Counted from the whole stretch's first letter, positions 25,238-38,644 are shown. The stretch is 63,334 nt of DNA, filler included, from Stramenopiles sp. TOSAG23-6 (GCA_900128565.1; 33 parts of 33 records of this genome joined end to end with filler, not necessarily neighbours in it), one strand, 5' to 3'. Notes: generated by a model not told the origin, from the sequence alone. Numbers and translations: made by a program.

Positions 25238-25548
25238 GTTATAATAAAAAACAAAATTCGGTACTTGTCGCAAACCTGTCGTGCAATAAAAACATTATAA
25301 AAAGAGCTATTATGTCGAGTATCGATACATATAATGACAAAAAAAAACATTTTCTAGCAAATGATTGTGATAATCCTAGTGGCAACTTTAATGAGCTACA
25401 TAAAAAAAATAATAAAAATGTTCAGAATTTTGTACAATTTTATGAAAATAATTCTAAAAATAATTGTGAAAAAGTATTTTCTTCATATGGAGATAATAAA
25501 CTTTGGTCCTTTCTGGAAAAAGATTTTGTGAAATATAAAGGAGACTAA
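25238..25548 (+). CDS. Last exon of an unknown protein
   Basis: Follows a family intron ending AAAATACAG. Confidence 0.5.
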
Positions 25549-25825
25549 GAAATTCTAAGAATTCTTGAACTCCCTGGAGTGGAATAGTTTTTGTAAAATA
25601 AAAAAAATCATAAAAATCATGAATTTTGAAAATTTATTTTCCTATATTTCGATTTATTTTGATGGATTTTTGATGTATTTTTGATGTTTTTTTTCAAAAA
25701 AAATGTAAGATTCCTACTACAATAATATCTGATTCCAAAATCTGAAAAATCTAATACTTGTAAAGTAGCTACAGTAATTGATGATTTAATCCTTTAGAAG
25801 ATATAATACCTAATACGTATCAAAG

Positions 25826-26853
25826 ATGTTTATTGATTTGCTCTGTGTAATGATTATATTTTTGCTCTTTTTGGTAAATGAAACGCGAGTCGATGCGAAG
25901 TCAAAACCTCAAGTGATCAATGTAGGTAAATTTCCTGAGACAATAGCCTTTACTGAGGAAATCATTCTCTATGAAGGCTTCAATATATCCATAAATTCTA
26001 ATGCAAATAGTTATTTTTTTAATCAAACACAAAGAGAACGAGTTGATGTGTATTTCCCGAATGGTGTACGCAACGTAAACCCTGATAGTAATCCTGAGTT
26101 TTCTTTTATATCCATGGAAAATTTTGATGGTGCACACATAGACGAGTCAAGTGAAGAGTCAATTGAAAAGGATACTTTAGATACCTTGAAATCTAGTGAT
26201 GTCCTAGTTGGTGTAAATGGTCTTCCAATTCTACCCATATCTATAAATCAAGCATTAAACACAGGAACTCTTTTAGAATCAAGGCTTCGAGGAGATGGCA
26301 ATTCTAATAATACTTTTCTCTTCCCAGTATTTGAAAGTGATTCTGGCAATTTTGATGGAAAAAGAGAAAAGGGTAAAGAAAGTACACTAGAATCTCGGGG
26401 TATAGTTTGGACTGGTGATGGTAGTAATATTTTATCAAAAAATAATGAAATTGAACAAGAATGTAATACTAATGATGATTCATGTCCAACCACTTTTGAA
26501 AAATTAGAGAATAGTCAAATACATTTAATGACAAAGAAGGGGAACAGAATTATTTATAATGGATCTGGTGGAAAGCTTTCTGGGTTCTTCAAGATGACAT
26601 GTATGTTGTATTTTTTTTTTTACAAAAAAATCGAATTTATTTTTCATACGAAATTTCGTACCTAACGAATTTTTTTTTGAAATATTTTTCCAAAATACAT
26701 ATATACCTCTACACGATAGAACATCTAAAGAAAATCTTAAATTGGGTTTTCAGCCAAATGATAAAAAACGTTTTTTCAATGTTATAAAATCAAGACAAGA
26801 AGAAAAAAAACAAAATTATATGTTTCGTTCGGAAAATCGAATTAAAAGTTTAT
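25826..26853 (+). CDS. Secreted or membrane protein of unknown function (exons 25826-26600, 26701-26853)
   Basis: Signal peptide; GT..AT intron 26601-26700 keeps the frame open to the next donor. Confidence 0.65.
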
Positions 26854-27005
26854 GTACGTTTTCATCATGAATTTATTAATTTATTATTTTTTTGGTACGA
26901 AATTTNNNNNNNNNNNNNNNNNNNNNNNNNNNNNNNNNNNNNNNNNNNNTTAATTAATTAANNNNNNNNNNNNNNNNNNNNNNNNNNNNNNNNNNNNNNN
27001 NNNNN

Positions 27006-27039
27006 AAAATTTTTTTTTTTTTAAAAATTTAAAAAAATT

Positions 27040-27087
<48 letters not shown>

Positions 27088-28826
27088 GTAGAATATTTTG
27101 TACCTAACAATTTTTTTTTTTAGAAAAAAAAAAATATATATATTTTCCCAAAATACAGGTTATAATAAAAAACAAAATTCGGTACTTGTCGCAAACCTGT
27201 CGTGCAATAAAAACATTATAAAAAGAGCTATTATGTCGAGTATCGATACATATAATGACAAAAAAAAACATTTTCTAGCAAATGATTGTGATAATCCTAG
27301 TGGCAACTTTAATGAGCTACATAAAAAAAATAATAAAAATGTTCAGAATTTTGTACAATTTTATGAAAATAATTCTAAAAATAATTGTGAAAAAGTATTT
27401 TCTTCATATGGAGATAATAAACTTTGGTCCTTTCTGGAAAAAGATTTTGTGAAATATAAAGGAGACTAAGAAATTCTAAGAATTCTTGAACTCCCTGGAG
27501 TGGAATAGTTTTTGTAAAATAAAAAAAATCATAAAAATCATGAATTTTGAAAATTTATTTTCCTATATTTCGATTTATTTTGATGGATTTTTGATGTATT
27601 TTTGATGTTTTTTTTCAAAAAAAATGTAAGATTCCTACTACAATAATATCTGATTCCAAAATCTGAAAAATCTAATACTTGTAAAGTAGCTACAGTAATT
27701 GATGATTTAATCCTTTAGAAGATATAATACCTAATACGTATCAAAGATGTTTATTGATTTGCTCTGTGTAATGATTATATTTTTGCTCTTTTTGGTAAAT
27801 GAAACGCGAGTCGATGCGAAGTCAAAACCTCAAGTGATCAATGTAGGTAAATTTCCTGAGACAATAGCCTTTACTGAGGAAATCATTCTCTATGAAGGCT
27901 TCAATATATCCATAAATTCTAATGCAAATAGTTATTTTTTTAATCAAACACAAAGAGAACGAGTTGATGTGTATTTCCCGAATGGTGTACGCAACGTAAA
28001 CCCTGATAGTAATCCTGAGTTTTCTTTTATATCCATGGAAAATTTTGATGGTGCACACATAGACGAGTCAAGTGAAGAGTCAATTGAAAAGGATACTTTA
28101 GATACCTTGAAATCTAGTGATGTCCTAGTTGGTGTAAATGGTCTTCCAATTCTACCCATATCTATAAATCAAGCATTAAACACAGGAACTCTTTTAGAAT
28201 CAAGGCTTCGAGGAGATGGCAATTCTAATAATACTTTTCTCTTCCCAGTATTTGAAAGTGATTCTGGCAATTTTGATGGAAAAAGAGAAAAGGGTAAAGA
28301 AAGTACACTAGAATCTCGGGGTATAGTTTGGACTGGTGATGGTAGTAATATTTTATCAAAAAATAATGAAATTGAACAAGAATGTAATACTAATGATGAT
28401 TCATGTCCAACCACTTTTGAAAAATTAGAGAATAGTCAAATACATTTAATGACAAAGAAGGGGAACAGAATTATTTATAATGGATCTGGTGGAAAGCTTT
28501 CTGGGTTCTTCAAGATGACATGTATGTTGTATTTTTTTTTTTACAAAAAAATCGAATTTATTTTTCATACGAAATTTCGTACCTAACGAATTTTTTTTTG
28601 AAATATTTTTCCAAAATACATATATACCTCTACACGATAGAACATCTAAAGAAAATCTTAAATTGGGTTTTCAGCCAAATGATAAAAAACGTTTTTTCAA
28701 TGTTATAAAATCAAGACAAGAAGAAAAAAAACAAAATTATATGTTTCGTTCGGAAAATCGAATTAAAAGTTTATGTACGTTTTCATCATGAATTTATTAA
28801 TTTATTATTTTTTTGGTACGAAATTT
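27006..28826. repeat. Exact duplicate of contig 25085-26905
   Basis: Identical ORFs at offset 1921. Confidence 0.97.
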
Positions 28827-28926
28827 NNNNNNNNNNNNNNNNNNNNNNNNNNNNNNNNNNNNNNNNNNNNTTAATTAATTAANNNNNNNNNNNNNNNNNN
28901 NNNNNNNNNNNNNNNNNNNNNNNNNN

Positions 28927-29431
28927 CACTGCAAAATGTACTTGACATGACAAACTCAAACCTTGGTGCAACAGCAGAAAGACTCACTACGTTTGTGTAC
29001 TCTTCTTCAGCTTTAATTTGTTCACATCCTGCTCTACATGCTTCAGCAGCCACGCCGACACCAATAGAACATTCTGGTTCACCAAAAATTTCAGCGGCAC
29101 ATGCGACTTGACCAGCTGCTTCCGCCGTGTAGCAGCCAGCAATGCATGCATTTCGTCCAGTAGCAGATTGTAAATTGGACGTGTTGATAGCTCTACCAAT
29201 ACAGAACGATTCGTGTGATTCTGGTTTGGCAATACGAGAACAGTTTTCACCGTATTTAAGTCCATGAAACTGAACGACTTCATCCTTGCAATCACTGCAA
29301 AATGTACTTGACATGACAAACTCAAACCTTGGTGCAACAGCAGAAAGCTTCACTGTCTTTGGATACTCTCTCGTAAGAGAAAGCGCACTGTATGTGCATA
29401 ACATGAGAACGATAGGTTGGAAGACTTTCAT
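28927..29431 (-). CDS. Secreted Cys-rich tandem-repeat protein (122-aa unit, truncated)
   Basis: Signal peptide; LSAVAPRFEFVMSSTFCS recurs at a 366-nt period. Confidence 0.7.
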
Positions 29432-29759
29432 TTCGTAAAGCTTGTTTGGTTTTTGTTTTGTTTCGACTTTCGAAAGAATTTAATTATGAGAGATAAAGTA
29501 GACGGTGTGTGGAAGAGTGTATGACAGTAGCAAATATATAATTATTAATCAGCTGCACTGTCGAATGAATGGCCGAAATCCGAAATGAATGGATACGATA
29601 TATCACGAATGGCATCGTGTGTTACCCGGTTCCTCGAGAAATTTTTGATTGACCAATTGATTCCAAAAAGGCCAAAGCCACCATTTTTGGTAAGAGACAC
29701 AAAAACTCTGGATTAGGTAGTGCATTTATAATTTTTGTTCATCTGCATTTTCAAATAGA

Positions 29760-30747
29760 ATGTCACTAAGTACAAGTACTGGGTTACTTCAGAGCAGTAG
29801 TTCTAGTAGTAGTTCTGGGGTGGCACATTTTTCCAAATTGGATGTCTGTTCTCGCGAGCTAGAGAACCCGAGACAGTTACAAACTTTAGGTCTCATGCCC
29901 GAGTCCATTCAGTTGTTAAAAGAAGGTCGGAAACTATTGTATAGGCGTTTTTTGAGGGTTAGAGCCAGCCATGCAAGCTGGGAAGCATTCTGTTCAACAA
30001 ACGCTGAAGGCTTATCAGTGACATTTTTAGACGCAGCGACTAAAGTTGTGTCCTCTCCTCGACTTCACTTGACTCTTGCGGAAGAGTTTTTAGCATCAGA
30101 TTCGCCTGACCGTACAACATTTTTTATTTCGTCTGAAGGAAACCTTCAAATTGCTCCTTTTATGCGATACCTAGAAGGCGATGATACATACTCTAGTGAA
30201 CGAGCAGCGATGATTTGTGCACATCTTATTCGTGCATCCCCAAGAGGACTATTTGGAAAGAATCTCAACTCATTTCAACAATTTACCTCATTTCTTAGTT
30301 GGGTACTTGAGAATCTCTCACGAAGCGGAAGTAGACCACGTGGAGATATGAAATCTAGTGGTGATGGTGGTGGTGCGTGTATTGCATTAGATGCATGTGC
30401 TGTAGTTCTTCGAAACCCTGAAATTCGTGAACATTTTTGCTCTCACCCACGAGCTCTTAATCTATTGATCTCATTACTTCATGATAATACTTCACCACAA
30501 AAATTATATGGGGCCGTATTTTGTTTATGGGCACTATCATTTTCTTCTCACGCGGATGAATTATTTGCTAGAGAAAGTGTTGCTACAAAAATTACTACTG
30601 TTGCTTTGAGCTCTTCACAAGATAAAGTGAACGTTTTCATTTCAATTTCGAATTTTTTTTTTTTTTGGTAAAAAAATTTTGTACCTAACAATTTTTTTTT
30701 TAAATGTTTTTCAAATTTTTTTTTTACAATACATGGCAAGATGTCAT
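29760..30747 (+). CDS. ATP6V1H: V-type ATPase subunit H (exons 29760-30628, 30735-30747)
   Basis: ARM-like region with Q.LY...FCLW.LSF and (K)DKV.R after splicing. Confidence 0.8.
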
Positions 30748-30847
30748 NNNNNNNNNNNNNNNNNNNNNNNNNNNNNNNNNNNNNNNNNNNNTTAATTAAT
30801 TAANNNNNNNNNNNNNNNNNNNNNNNNNNNNNNNNNNNNNNNNNNNN

Positions 30848-31766
30848 ACATCCAGAATACTTCAATGTTGTTTTTAAAAGCAGCAAATAAAATGTACCAA
30901 TAAACTTTGGCGACTTCCTCAGACATTGCTTTGAAGTCTTGTGCAGATGCTGGTATCGAGAATCCTCTGTTCCCCGACCACTCTCCCTGCATCCCAAGAT
31001 TCGTTCGTATACTGTTGAAACCAGGCGGCTTCCGAAATGGAGGTAAGAAGTTTTTAGGAAGCCGAGAGACATCGTTATTTAATCCTGTACGCTTCAAAAC
31101 CTCGCGGTATAAGTCTAGGTTTGCACTAATCATCAGTTTAACATTTTTGTGACTCTCACAAAAATTATCAAAGGCCTGTTTTGCTTTGCGGGAATAACTA
31201 CCAGGTAAAGCCTTGCCGTCTATGGCATTGTAAGAAATAACTGGCCAAAAGTTCTTACTTAATTTACTTGCGTAATAATTAGCTATAATATCATCGATGC
31301 CATTGAGAAGAGGATCGGTGTAAGCCATAACGTTGTTAAAAGCAGGATTCCGAGCATTACTCATTAATTTCAACAAATCACGCTCCCAATCTTTATTTTC
31401 GTTGAATTTATAGTGATGATAACCATTACGATAAATATTTGAATGTGAATCCACTTTTACCAAACTATTATTTGAATAATATTGAAACGCTTCCCCCTCA
31501 TTTGGGAACGCTTCCTTAAAACTTGCCCCGTGAACCCCGATTGTCCGCGGAGCATACATTTGATATTTGATCCATGTATCATTATCATCATCATCTTTTT
31601 TGCCAGGGTTATTTTCTGGTAAGTATAATGCAGAGAGCAATACAGTTACCATATCCATAAGTCTTATTACCGAGTTTGTTTCAGTGTTTTTTGTCGTGGC
31701 ATCATCGAAATTTTGGGAATTACCTAAGGAGAAGGTATACCAATCTATCTTATGAAGTGATGGCAT
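30848..31766 (-). CDS. Unknown protein, paralog of 31856-32654
   Basis: Long ORF sharing KI.W.T.SLG, GY.HY.F, Y.DPL...IDDI.A and SYNA.DG with the opposite-strand ORF. Confidence 0.65.
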
Positions 31767-31855
31767 AAGTTGGGTTACAACAAGGCAAAGAAACAGAAGA
31801 GATAATTAAGAAAAGAGAAATAGAAAGAAAAGCAGAATTGGAAAGAGCACATGGC

Positions 31856-32654
31856 ATGAAGAAATTTATGGACTCCACTTTAAAATCGCATGGTAAATTA
31901 AAAATGCGATGGCCAAGTGAAAGTGTAGATCGTTTGTACCGCAAAAGCGCAGTAGGCAAAAGACGATATTTNNNNNNNNNNNNNNNNNNNNNNNNNNNNN
32001 NNNNNNNNNNNNATAAGAAAAATGAAAGAAGCAGAAAAGAAAGCAGAAATTGACAGAGATGCAGTAGAGGTGTTGCATGCGAATGCCTTAGGAGAAAGAC
32101 TTAGGCCAATGCTCGAAAAGATAAATTGGGAGACATATTCTCTAGGTCATGTAAAAAGTTTCACTGCTGGTTTGAAGAATTTCACGTTCGATAAGAAAAC
32201 CCATCTTTCGGATATGGTGAATGTATTTCTTTTCTCCCAGTATTTCAAAGACGAAAATGCATGGGTTCCTCATAAGTTCGAAGGTATGAAGAGTAAAATA
32301 GCCGAAGGAAAATTTTCCTCCGATCACACGAGATTTGAAAAGGAGGAAAATATTTTATACTTTTCGAACGAGGATATAGAACCTTACACGGGTAAAGGTT
32401 ATAAACACTATGTATTTAAAACTTCTCATCCAGGCTGGGAAGAACGTTTAGAATTATTGGCAAGTGGAAATTTCCCGAAAGTTTTTCATAATGCTGTAAT
32501 TTATGATGATCCGCTTGTCAGAGATATTGATGATATTGCGGCAGCTGATGTTCTTAGACATTTAAGTTATGACTGTAAACATATTTTGTCTTATAATGCA
32601 GTCGATGGGCAACCTACAGTTTTTGCACCGGATCCGGATAACGATTTAACATAA
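31856..32654 (+). CDS. Unknown protein, paralog of 30848-31766 (internal N gap)
   Basis: Same shared motifs as its neighbour. Confidence 0.6.
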
Positions 32655-32768
32655 AAATAAAAAGTCTTNNNNNNNNNNNNNNNNNNNNNNNNNNNNNNNN
32701 NNNNNNNNNNNNTTAATTAATTAANNNNNNNNNNNNNNNNNNNNNNNNNNNNNNNNNNNNNNNNNNNN

Positions 32769-33201
32769 TGATTGGCTACACTCTAAACTGAAAAATGATG
32801 ACATGCAACTTTCAGAAAGTTCAGATATATCCCCACAACATTCTTCAAAATCCACAAAAAACACAAAGTCACCAAAAGGAATAAAAACGACAAAAGTTTT
32901 GCGACGTAGTAAAAGAAAGACGTCACCTCCTCGAAGTACACGAAATACTCTTTCTGAGTCGAGTGCCGTAAGTACGTATTCTCGGAGGAGAAATTTTGAA
33001 GAGCCTTTGTACCAGAAGCTTATGAATGAAGTAATTTCACTTGATGACAAAGGAATGTCAAGCCAACTTCTTCTTTTTTATGAAGAGCAGAAGAAAATTA
33101 CACAGAGTGGTCGCGATGGAGTGAACAAATTATTACAAGCATTAGGATTAGGTACACAGCGCAGTGAACTACAGAAGCTCCGAAATATGAGAAATCTTTA
33201 A
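32769..33201 (+). CDS. C-terminal fragment of an unknown protein
   Basis: Open frame from the contig start to a stop at 33201. Confidence 0.5.
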
Positions 33202-33702
33202 TATTTATTGATTATACAATTTTATACAGTTTTGAAAACTTTGTGTATCAAATGATGGAAATGTTGGAAATTAATTGAAAAAGGAGATTTATTTTTGTAA
33301 AATAATAATAAATACATTTGCAATACGTAGTACTCACTCAAGAGAAACTCCAGAGATTTTTAAATAATTAATCATAAACGTAATAAATCTTTTTCACCAC
33401 GGACCCAGAGTTTGTGGAGGCTATTACAAACCCTAACCCTACGTACACTCCCTAATACCTACCTAGCCTAGGTTCAATTATGGTTCGCATTGAAAAATCT
33501 TCGAAAAAGATCAAAAAGATCAAAAAGATAAAGATAGGTATATAAATCTTCGTCGAATACTCCATGAGCGGTTGAATATTACGACACATATTATTGTACA
33601 TTACATTTGTAAGAAGGGAAGAAGTTCACTTCGTTATAGGAATATTATTGAAAAAGTGTCTATGTTGTGTCGTTATTACCGCGAAACGTTTGATTAAAAT
33701 TA

Positions 33703-34362
33703 ATGTCAAAACATAAACTTGACCGCGTTGACGAACGTTTTTTATCGTCTACGTGTTCACCACTTTTACAAGACTGGTGCATTCGGCTAGTATTCAAATT
33801 TATACGACCTTTATGGCCTGTGAAAGGGTATTGTTTTTTTGTGTCTCGATGCTGGGATTTAGCACTTAAAGATTCAAAGTGTATACAATTGACGTTGAAT
33901 GAAAAAGATAAGGTGGGTCCTCAACCAGTTTCTCGCCACGGAAGTATACNNNNNNNNNNNNNNNNNNNNNNNNNNNNNNNNNNNNNNNNNNNNNNNNNNN
34001 NNNNNNNNNNNNNNNNNNNNNNNNNNNNNNNNNNNNNNNNNNNNNNNNNNNNNNNNNNNNNNNNNNNNNNNNNNNNNNNNNNNNNNNNNNNNNNNNNNNN
34101 NNNNNNNNNNNNNNNNNNNNNATATTTTGATGCAGCGTTGTCCTAAGTTAAAGGAAGTTTGCATAGATTTTGCTCAGGGCGTCAGGGTGAATCGCAAGGG
34201 ATTACCTGTAGAATGTAACATTCATTCTATAGAACTTCGAGGGTGCACAAATTTAAAAAAAATAGGATGTTGCAGCTTGTTAGATACTTGTAAAAAGACT
34301 CTCCGACATCTTGTCATAGCAGGTACAAGACACGTTGAAATCACCAGCATATTTCGCTCTCT
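33703..34362 (+). CDS. F-box/LRR-like protein (gapped)
   Basis: F-box-like L..W...VFKF...VSRCW, then RCPKLKEV and LRGCTNL LRR-like units. Confidence 0.55.
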
Positions 34363-34689
34363 CGTTGTCCTAAGTTAAAGGAAGTTTGCATAGATTTTGC
34401 TCAGGGCGTCAGGGTGAATCGCAAGGGATTACCTGTAGAATGTAACATTCATTCTATAGAACTTCGAGGGTGCACAAATTTAAAAAAAATAGGATGTTGC
34501 AGCTTGTTAGATACTTGTAAAAAGACTCTCCGACATCTTGTCATAGCAGGTACAAGACACGTTGAAATCACCAGCATATTTCGCTCTCTNNNNNNNNNNN
34601 NNNNNNNNNNNNNNNNNNNNNNNNNNNNNNNNNTTAATTAATTAANNNNNNNNNNNNNNNNNNNNNNNNNNNNNNNNNNNNNNNNNNNN

Positions 34690-35605
34690 CACTATTAGAT
34701 GATGATGAACTTGATTTTCGTTTTTTTCCACTACTACTACTATTTGATACTTCAGGTGGTNCATTCTCATCAACAACTGTATCCTTAAATGATTCCAATG
34801 AAGCAGATAGTATTTTCTCCTCTTCTTTAAATGTTTTGGTCAACTTTTTAAAACCATTTAAACGATCAGTTTGTTCCTTTTGTGCAAAAACAATAAATTG
34901 ATATTCGTATTCAGCATCTTTAATAGCACTCTTTATCTTTTCAATATTTTGTTTTGCAGCTTCAAGTTGTTTCTCTGCTTCTGGTAACTGTTTCTTTGCA
35001 TTTTTAACTGCATCTTCTGCTATCTTTAGTTTATTAATTTTTTCTTCTTCTTCATCTTCAATCTTGGCTTCTAAAACAACAACAGATTCTTCGACGACTT
35101 TTCTCATTTGTTTTATTTTAGAAACTTCTTGAAAAATGTTATTATTCTTTTCTTTACATAAAATAGATAATGTATCCAACGCAGATTCGACTTCTTTTGT
35201 AAATACTTGTTTATGCATAAACACAGGTCGCAGCATATCCAAACTTGACTTTTGAAGGATGCACTCTTCAGATGTTGTGATCAACTCAATCATTTTGGTC
35301 ATGGCGTCAATAACATCTTTTGCTTCTTTAGCCTGAATGCATTTCAACAACAAGATATCCAAATTGTTCTTTTTTTTTGCTTGTTTTTCACTCCATGCAA
35401 TACTTTGTGATTTACAGAGAAAGTTCGACACAAGATTTGTATGAGCTAACACTTCGTTTGTTAAAGGCGATGTATTTTTTGTACGAAAGTGTTGCGTGAT
35501 TGCTGCTCGTTCATACGTGTGACCATCGGCCGCCATCACTGGATCTTTAAATAATTCACATGTTATTGGACACAGTAAATCATGTGGTATATCATCCTGT
35601 GACAT
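34690..35605 (-). CDS. U-box domain protein with coiled coil
   Basis: PHDLLCPITCELFKDPVMAADGHTYERAAI...SPLTN..L....L.SN. Confidence 0.92.
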
Positions 35606-35863
35606 TGCCTCGAAATGACTATGAGTATATAATTATTCAATCAAGAGAGAGAGAGAAATATATTATACTATATTGAACATCCCCGAAAAGTGTCTCGAAA
35701 AGTTGATGTTTTTGGAAAAATTTGATGATGAAAAACATCGGTCGGTCAGAAAAAAAAACCAAAAAAAGCGAAGTTCGAGTTCGAATAATTACGATTGTGA
35801 ATAATTTAAGCATATTAGATTCTGTATTTCTCAAAGTGTGATTATTAATAATTACGCAGAACC

Positions 35864-36340
35864 ATGTTTTGTCTACGTTCTAGAAACCTTCCACGCACAT
35901 GGTTTCAGTATTCTTACTTTAGTAGTGGATCGAAAACACCAATTTCAGCTTTCGATGATCTTGTAAGCGGCGGTACTCTTCGTACTGATGAAGCTCAGCG
36001 TGGTGTAATGAAGCGACTCTCTAAAATATCTGACAATGTCGTAGACTACGATACACGTTGGCAAGCTCATACAAACCGCCTTAAGAAAGTGAATTCCACC
36101 CCAGCTACTTTCTTGTCTGATATAAAAAAATCTCAAGAAGATCTTGAAACATTAACAACAACAATCAAAGAGAATACATCACAGAACACAAAAGGTAGAA
36201 TAAAGAATGATTCACTTTCTAAACTTAATAGTCGATTGAATCAACTAGAAAAATTACATACAGAATTTACATCGTTACTCTCAAAAACACCTCGAGGTTT
36301 ATATTTGTACGGTACTCCCGGTACTGGTAAGAGTTTGTGT
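35864..36340 (+). CDS. AFG1/ZapE-like ATPase, first exon
   Basis: Mitochondrial-like presequence, L..DEAQ, PRGLYLYGTPGTGKS. Confidence 0.85.
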
Positions 36341-36372
36341 GTATGTGTTTCATTTCAAAATTTCAAAATTTT

Positions 36373-36414
<42 letters not shown>

Positions 36415-36666
36415 TTTTTCCCTAAAAATTTTTTTTTTTTTTTTTTTTAATTTAAAAAAAAAAAAAAAATATTTTTTCACAAGATATGAATCCGATGCAA
36501 TATCAATTGNNNNNNNNNNNNNNNNNNNNNNNNNNNNNNNNNNNNNNNNNNNNTTAATTAATTAANNNNNNNNNNNNNNNNNNNNNNNNNNNNNNNNNNN
36601 NNNNNNNNNTAGGTACAAAATTTCGTATGAAAANAAATAAATTTGAAATTCATGATGAAAACGTGC

Positions 36667-37563
36667 ATAATTCTTCGCTTTATGACACTCATCNAACAGT
36701 AAACAGCCTGTAAANTCAGCAGCTTTACCAGCCTGATTCGTACACCATTTTACAATGGCATTTAATCTAGACCCTGAAGATTTTGTGCCTTTTGAAATTA
36801 AAGTCGAATATGTACAATACAAAACACTGGCGCCACTACAATTAAGTCCAAACGCNTTTTTTCCAAGTTTATCTAATTCCTGACATCCATCAATTACCGA
36901 TATACCTAATGCACCTAAGTCCCTAATATCNCGTATCGCATCATGACGTAAAGGTTGCGATACAGAAAACCATATATGGCGGGAACGACCACGTGCTACA
37001 TTGTCTAACACAATCGCTGCTAATTGTCTACCTTTTCCAACTCCCGTTCCGTCACCAATAAAAAAACCTGCGCGAGATCCATCAGCGAGAAAATGCCTAT
37101 GACGATGACATGCATACGCAACTCCTTCGAGTTGAAGCTCACTAAGTTTACCAGCAGAAATGCAATCTTTAGGTAACGCATCAGGTAGGGGGTAAAAAGC
37201 ACCAACAGAAGGCATTTTTACAGCCGAAAGAGTTGAAGCTTCTACAATATCACCTGGATGGCGATGACCATAGTTTACAGAGCGACATTTATATTCCGCA
37301 AATACTTCCGACACAATACCTTCTTTTGCATTTTCTGCAACATTGAGCTCATTGAGAAACTCATCGTTTGTATCAAGACCTTTCGATGGGACAACATTTA
37401 AATCAGGCTTTGTAGTCGGTACATTTACTTGCAAAACACGTCGTGCACCTGGTTCGAAAACAGGACAAATTAGACGGAGCCTCAAACCATCATGATTAAA
37501 TTCATAAGATTGACCGCTTTCAATATCTGGAGGTATTGTAATCCGTATGATGCGATACGTCAT
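36667..37563 (-). CDS. SBNO: Strawberry notch family helicase-like protein, first exon
   Basis: HPGDIVE, LSELQLE.V.YAC.RH, GFFIGDGTGVGKGRQ, TYSTLI, DECHKAKN. Confidence 0.93.
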
Positions 37564-37768
37564 TTCTTTTACGAAGAAATCTCTCTTTGAAGAAAGGTAC
37601 ACTGAACTCCGAGACCTAATCAACTTGTTGTTGATTCACCTTAAAATTTTGACCGACCCCGGTCAAAATTTTAGGGTTCTTCAATTTTGAAATTTGATAC
37701 CTCTACAGGAGCATTAATTTATTTACGTAAACTTTGAAGTAGTTGAACGAGAATTGCATTGAACGAAA

Positions 37769-38429
37769 ATGACGGAAATAAAGAAAAAGATGCCTAAGCC
37801 ATACAAATGTAGAGCGATGTCATTCAGTTGTGGTTCGTTTAATTACAAACTTCCCGAACACCTCTCCACGACGCAGGCAGATAGTTTCCACATTCAATAC
37901 GGTAAGAGTACTTTTAAGTTTCAGTGGTTCAGTCGAGACAGGGTATACAGAAAGGTCGAAGTTCGCTTTGATGATATTGCCGAATTTCGGATTATTAAAG
38001 CGACAGGTGGTGCAAATGAAATCTGTCCAACAACGCTTCAATTTCGTCTCTATGATGTAAATAAAACAAAAGTAACGTCACAGAAATGGAACGAAAGAAA
38101 ATGGCTTGAGTCTTCAAAGACTGTTGCAAATGGTGCAACCCTTACTTGCGGTGTTCATACGATGATTTTCAGCCATAAGGGCGATAAAGCGAGAAAAGCA
38201 ATCGATACACTATTTGAGCACTTCCCTAATTTAGCCGCATTAGCAGAAGCTAATACGGGTCCTATTACTGGGAAAAATTTTGCAGTTCGACCAGTGGTCA
38301 AAAAACGTGTTTTGGACAACAATACAAAAGAAAACTCTGCACCAAAACCGAAGAAACCGCGCAAGAAAGCTGTCACAGCAAAATCGCTTGGACTTACACA
38401 AGAAGAGTTCAATTCAATAAAGTTACCAC
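37769..38429 (+). CDS. Unknown protein (truncated)
   Basis: Open frame of about 220 aa, divergent from SBNO. Confidence 0.6.
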
Positions 38430-38644
38430 NNNNNNNNNNNNNNNNNNNNNNNNNNNNNNNNNNNNNNNNNNNNTTAATTAATTAANNNNNNNNNNNNNNN
38501 NNNNNNNNNNNNNNNNNNNNNNNNNNNNNTATTTTGGAAAAATATTTGAAAAAAAATTCTAAAAAATTTGTTAGGTACAAAATTTTCAAAAAAAAAAAAA
38601 ATCGATTTTTTTTTTTCGAAAACAAAAAAAAAAATAAAACATAC

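Noticed and set aside
34136-34589. 227-nt exact tandem duplication in the F-box/LRR-like gene
   Set aside because: Identical, frame-breaking and at a contig end; probably an assembly artefact.
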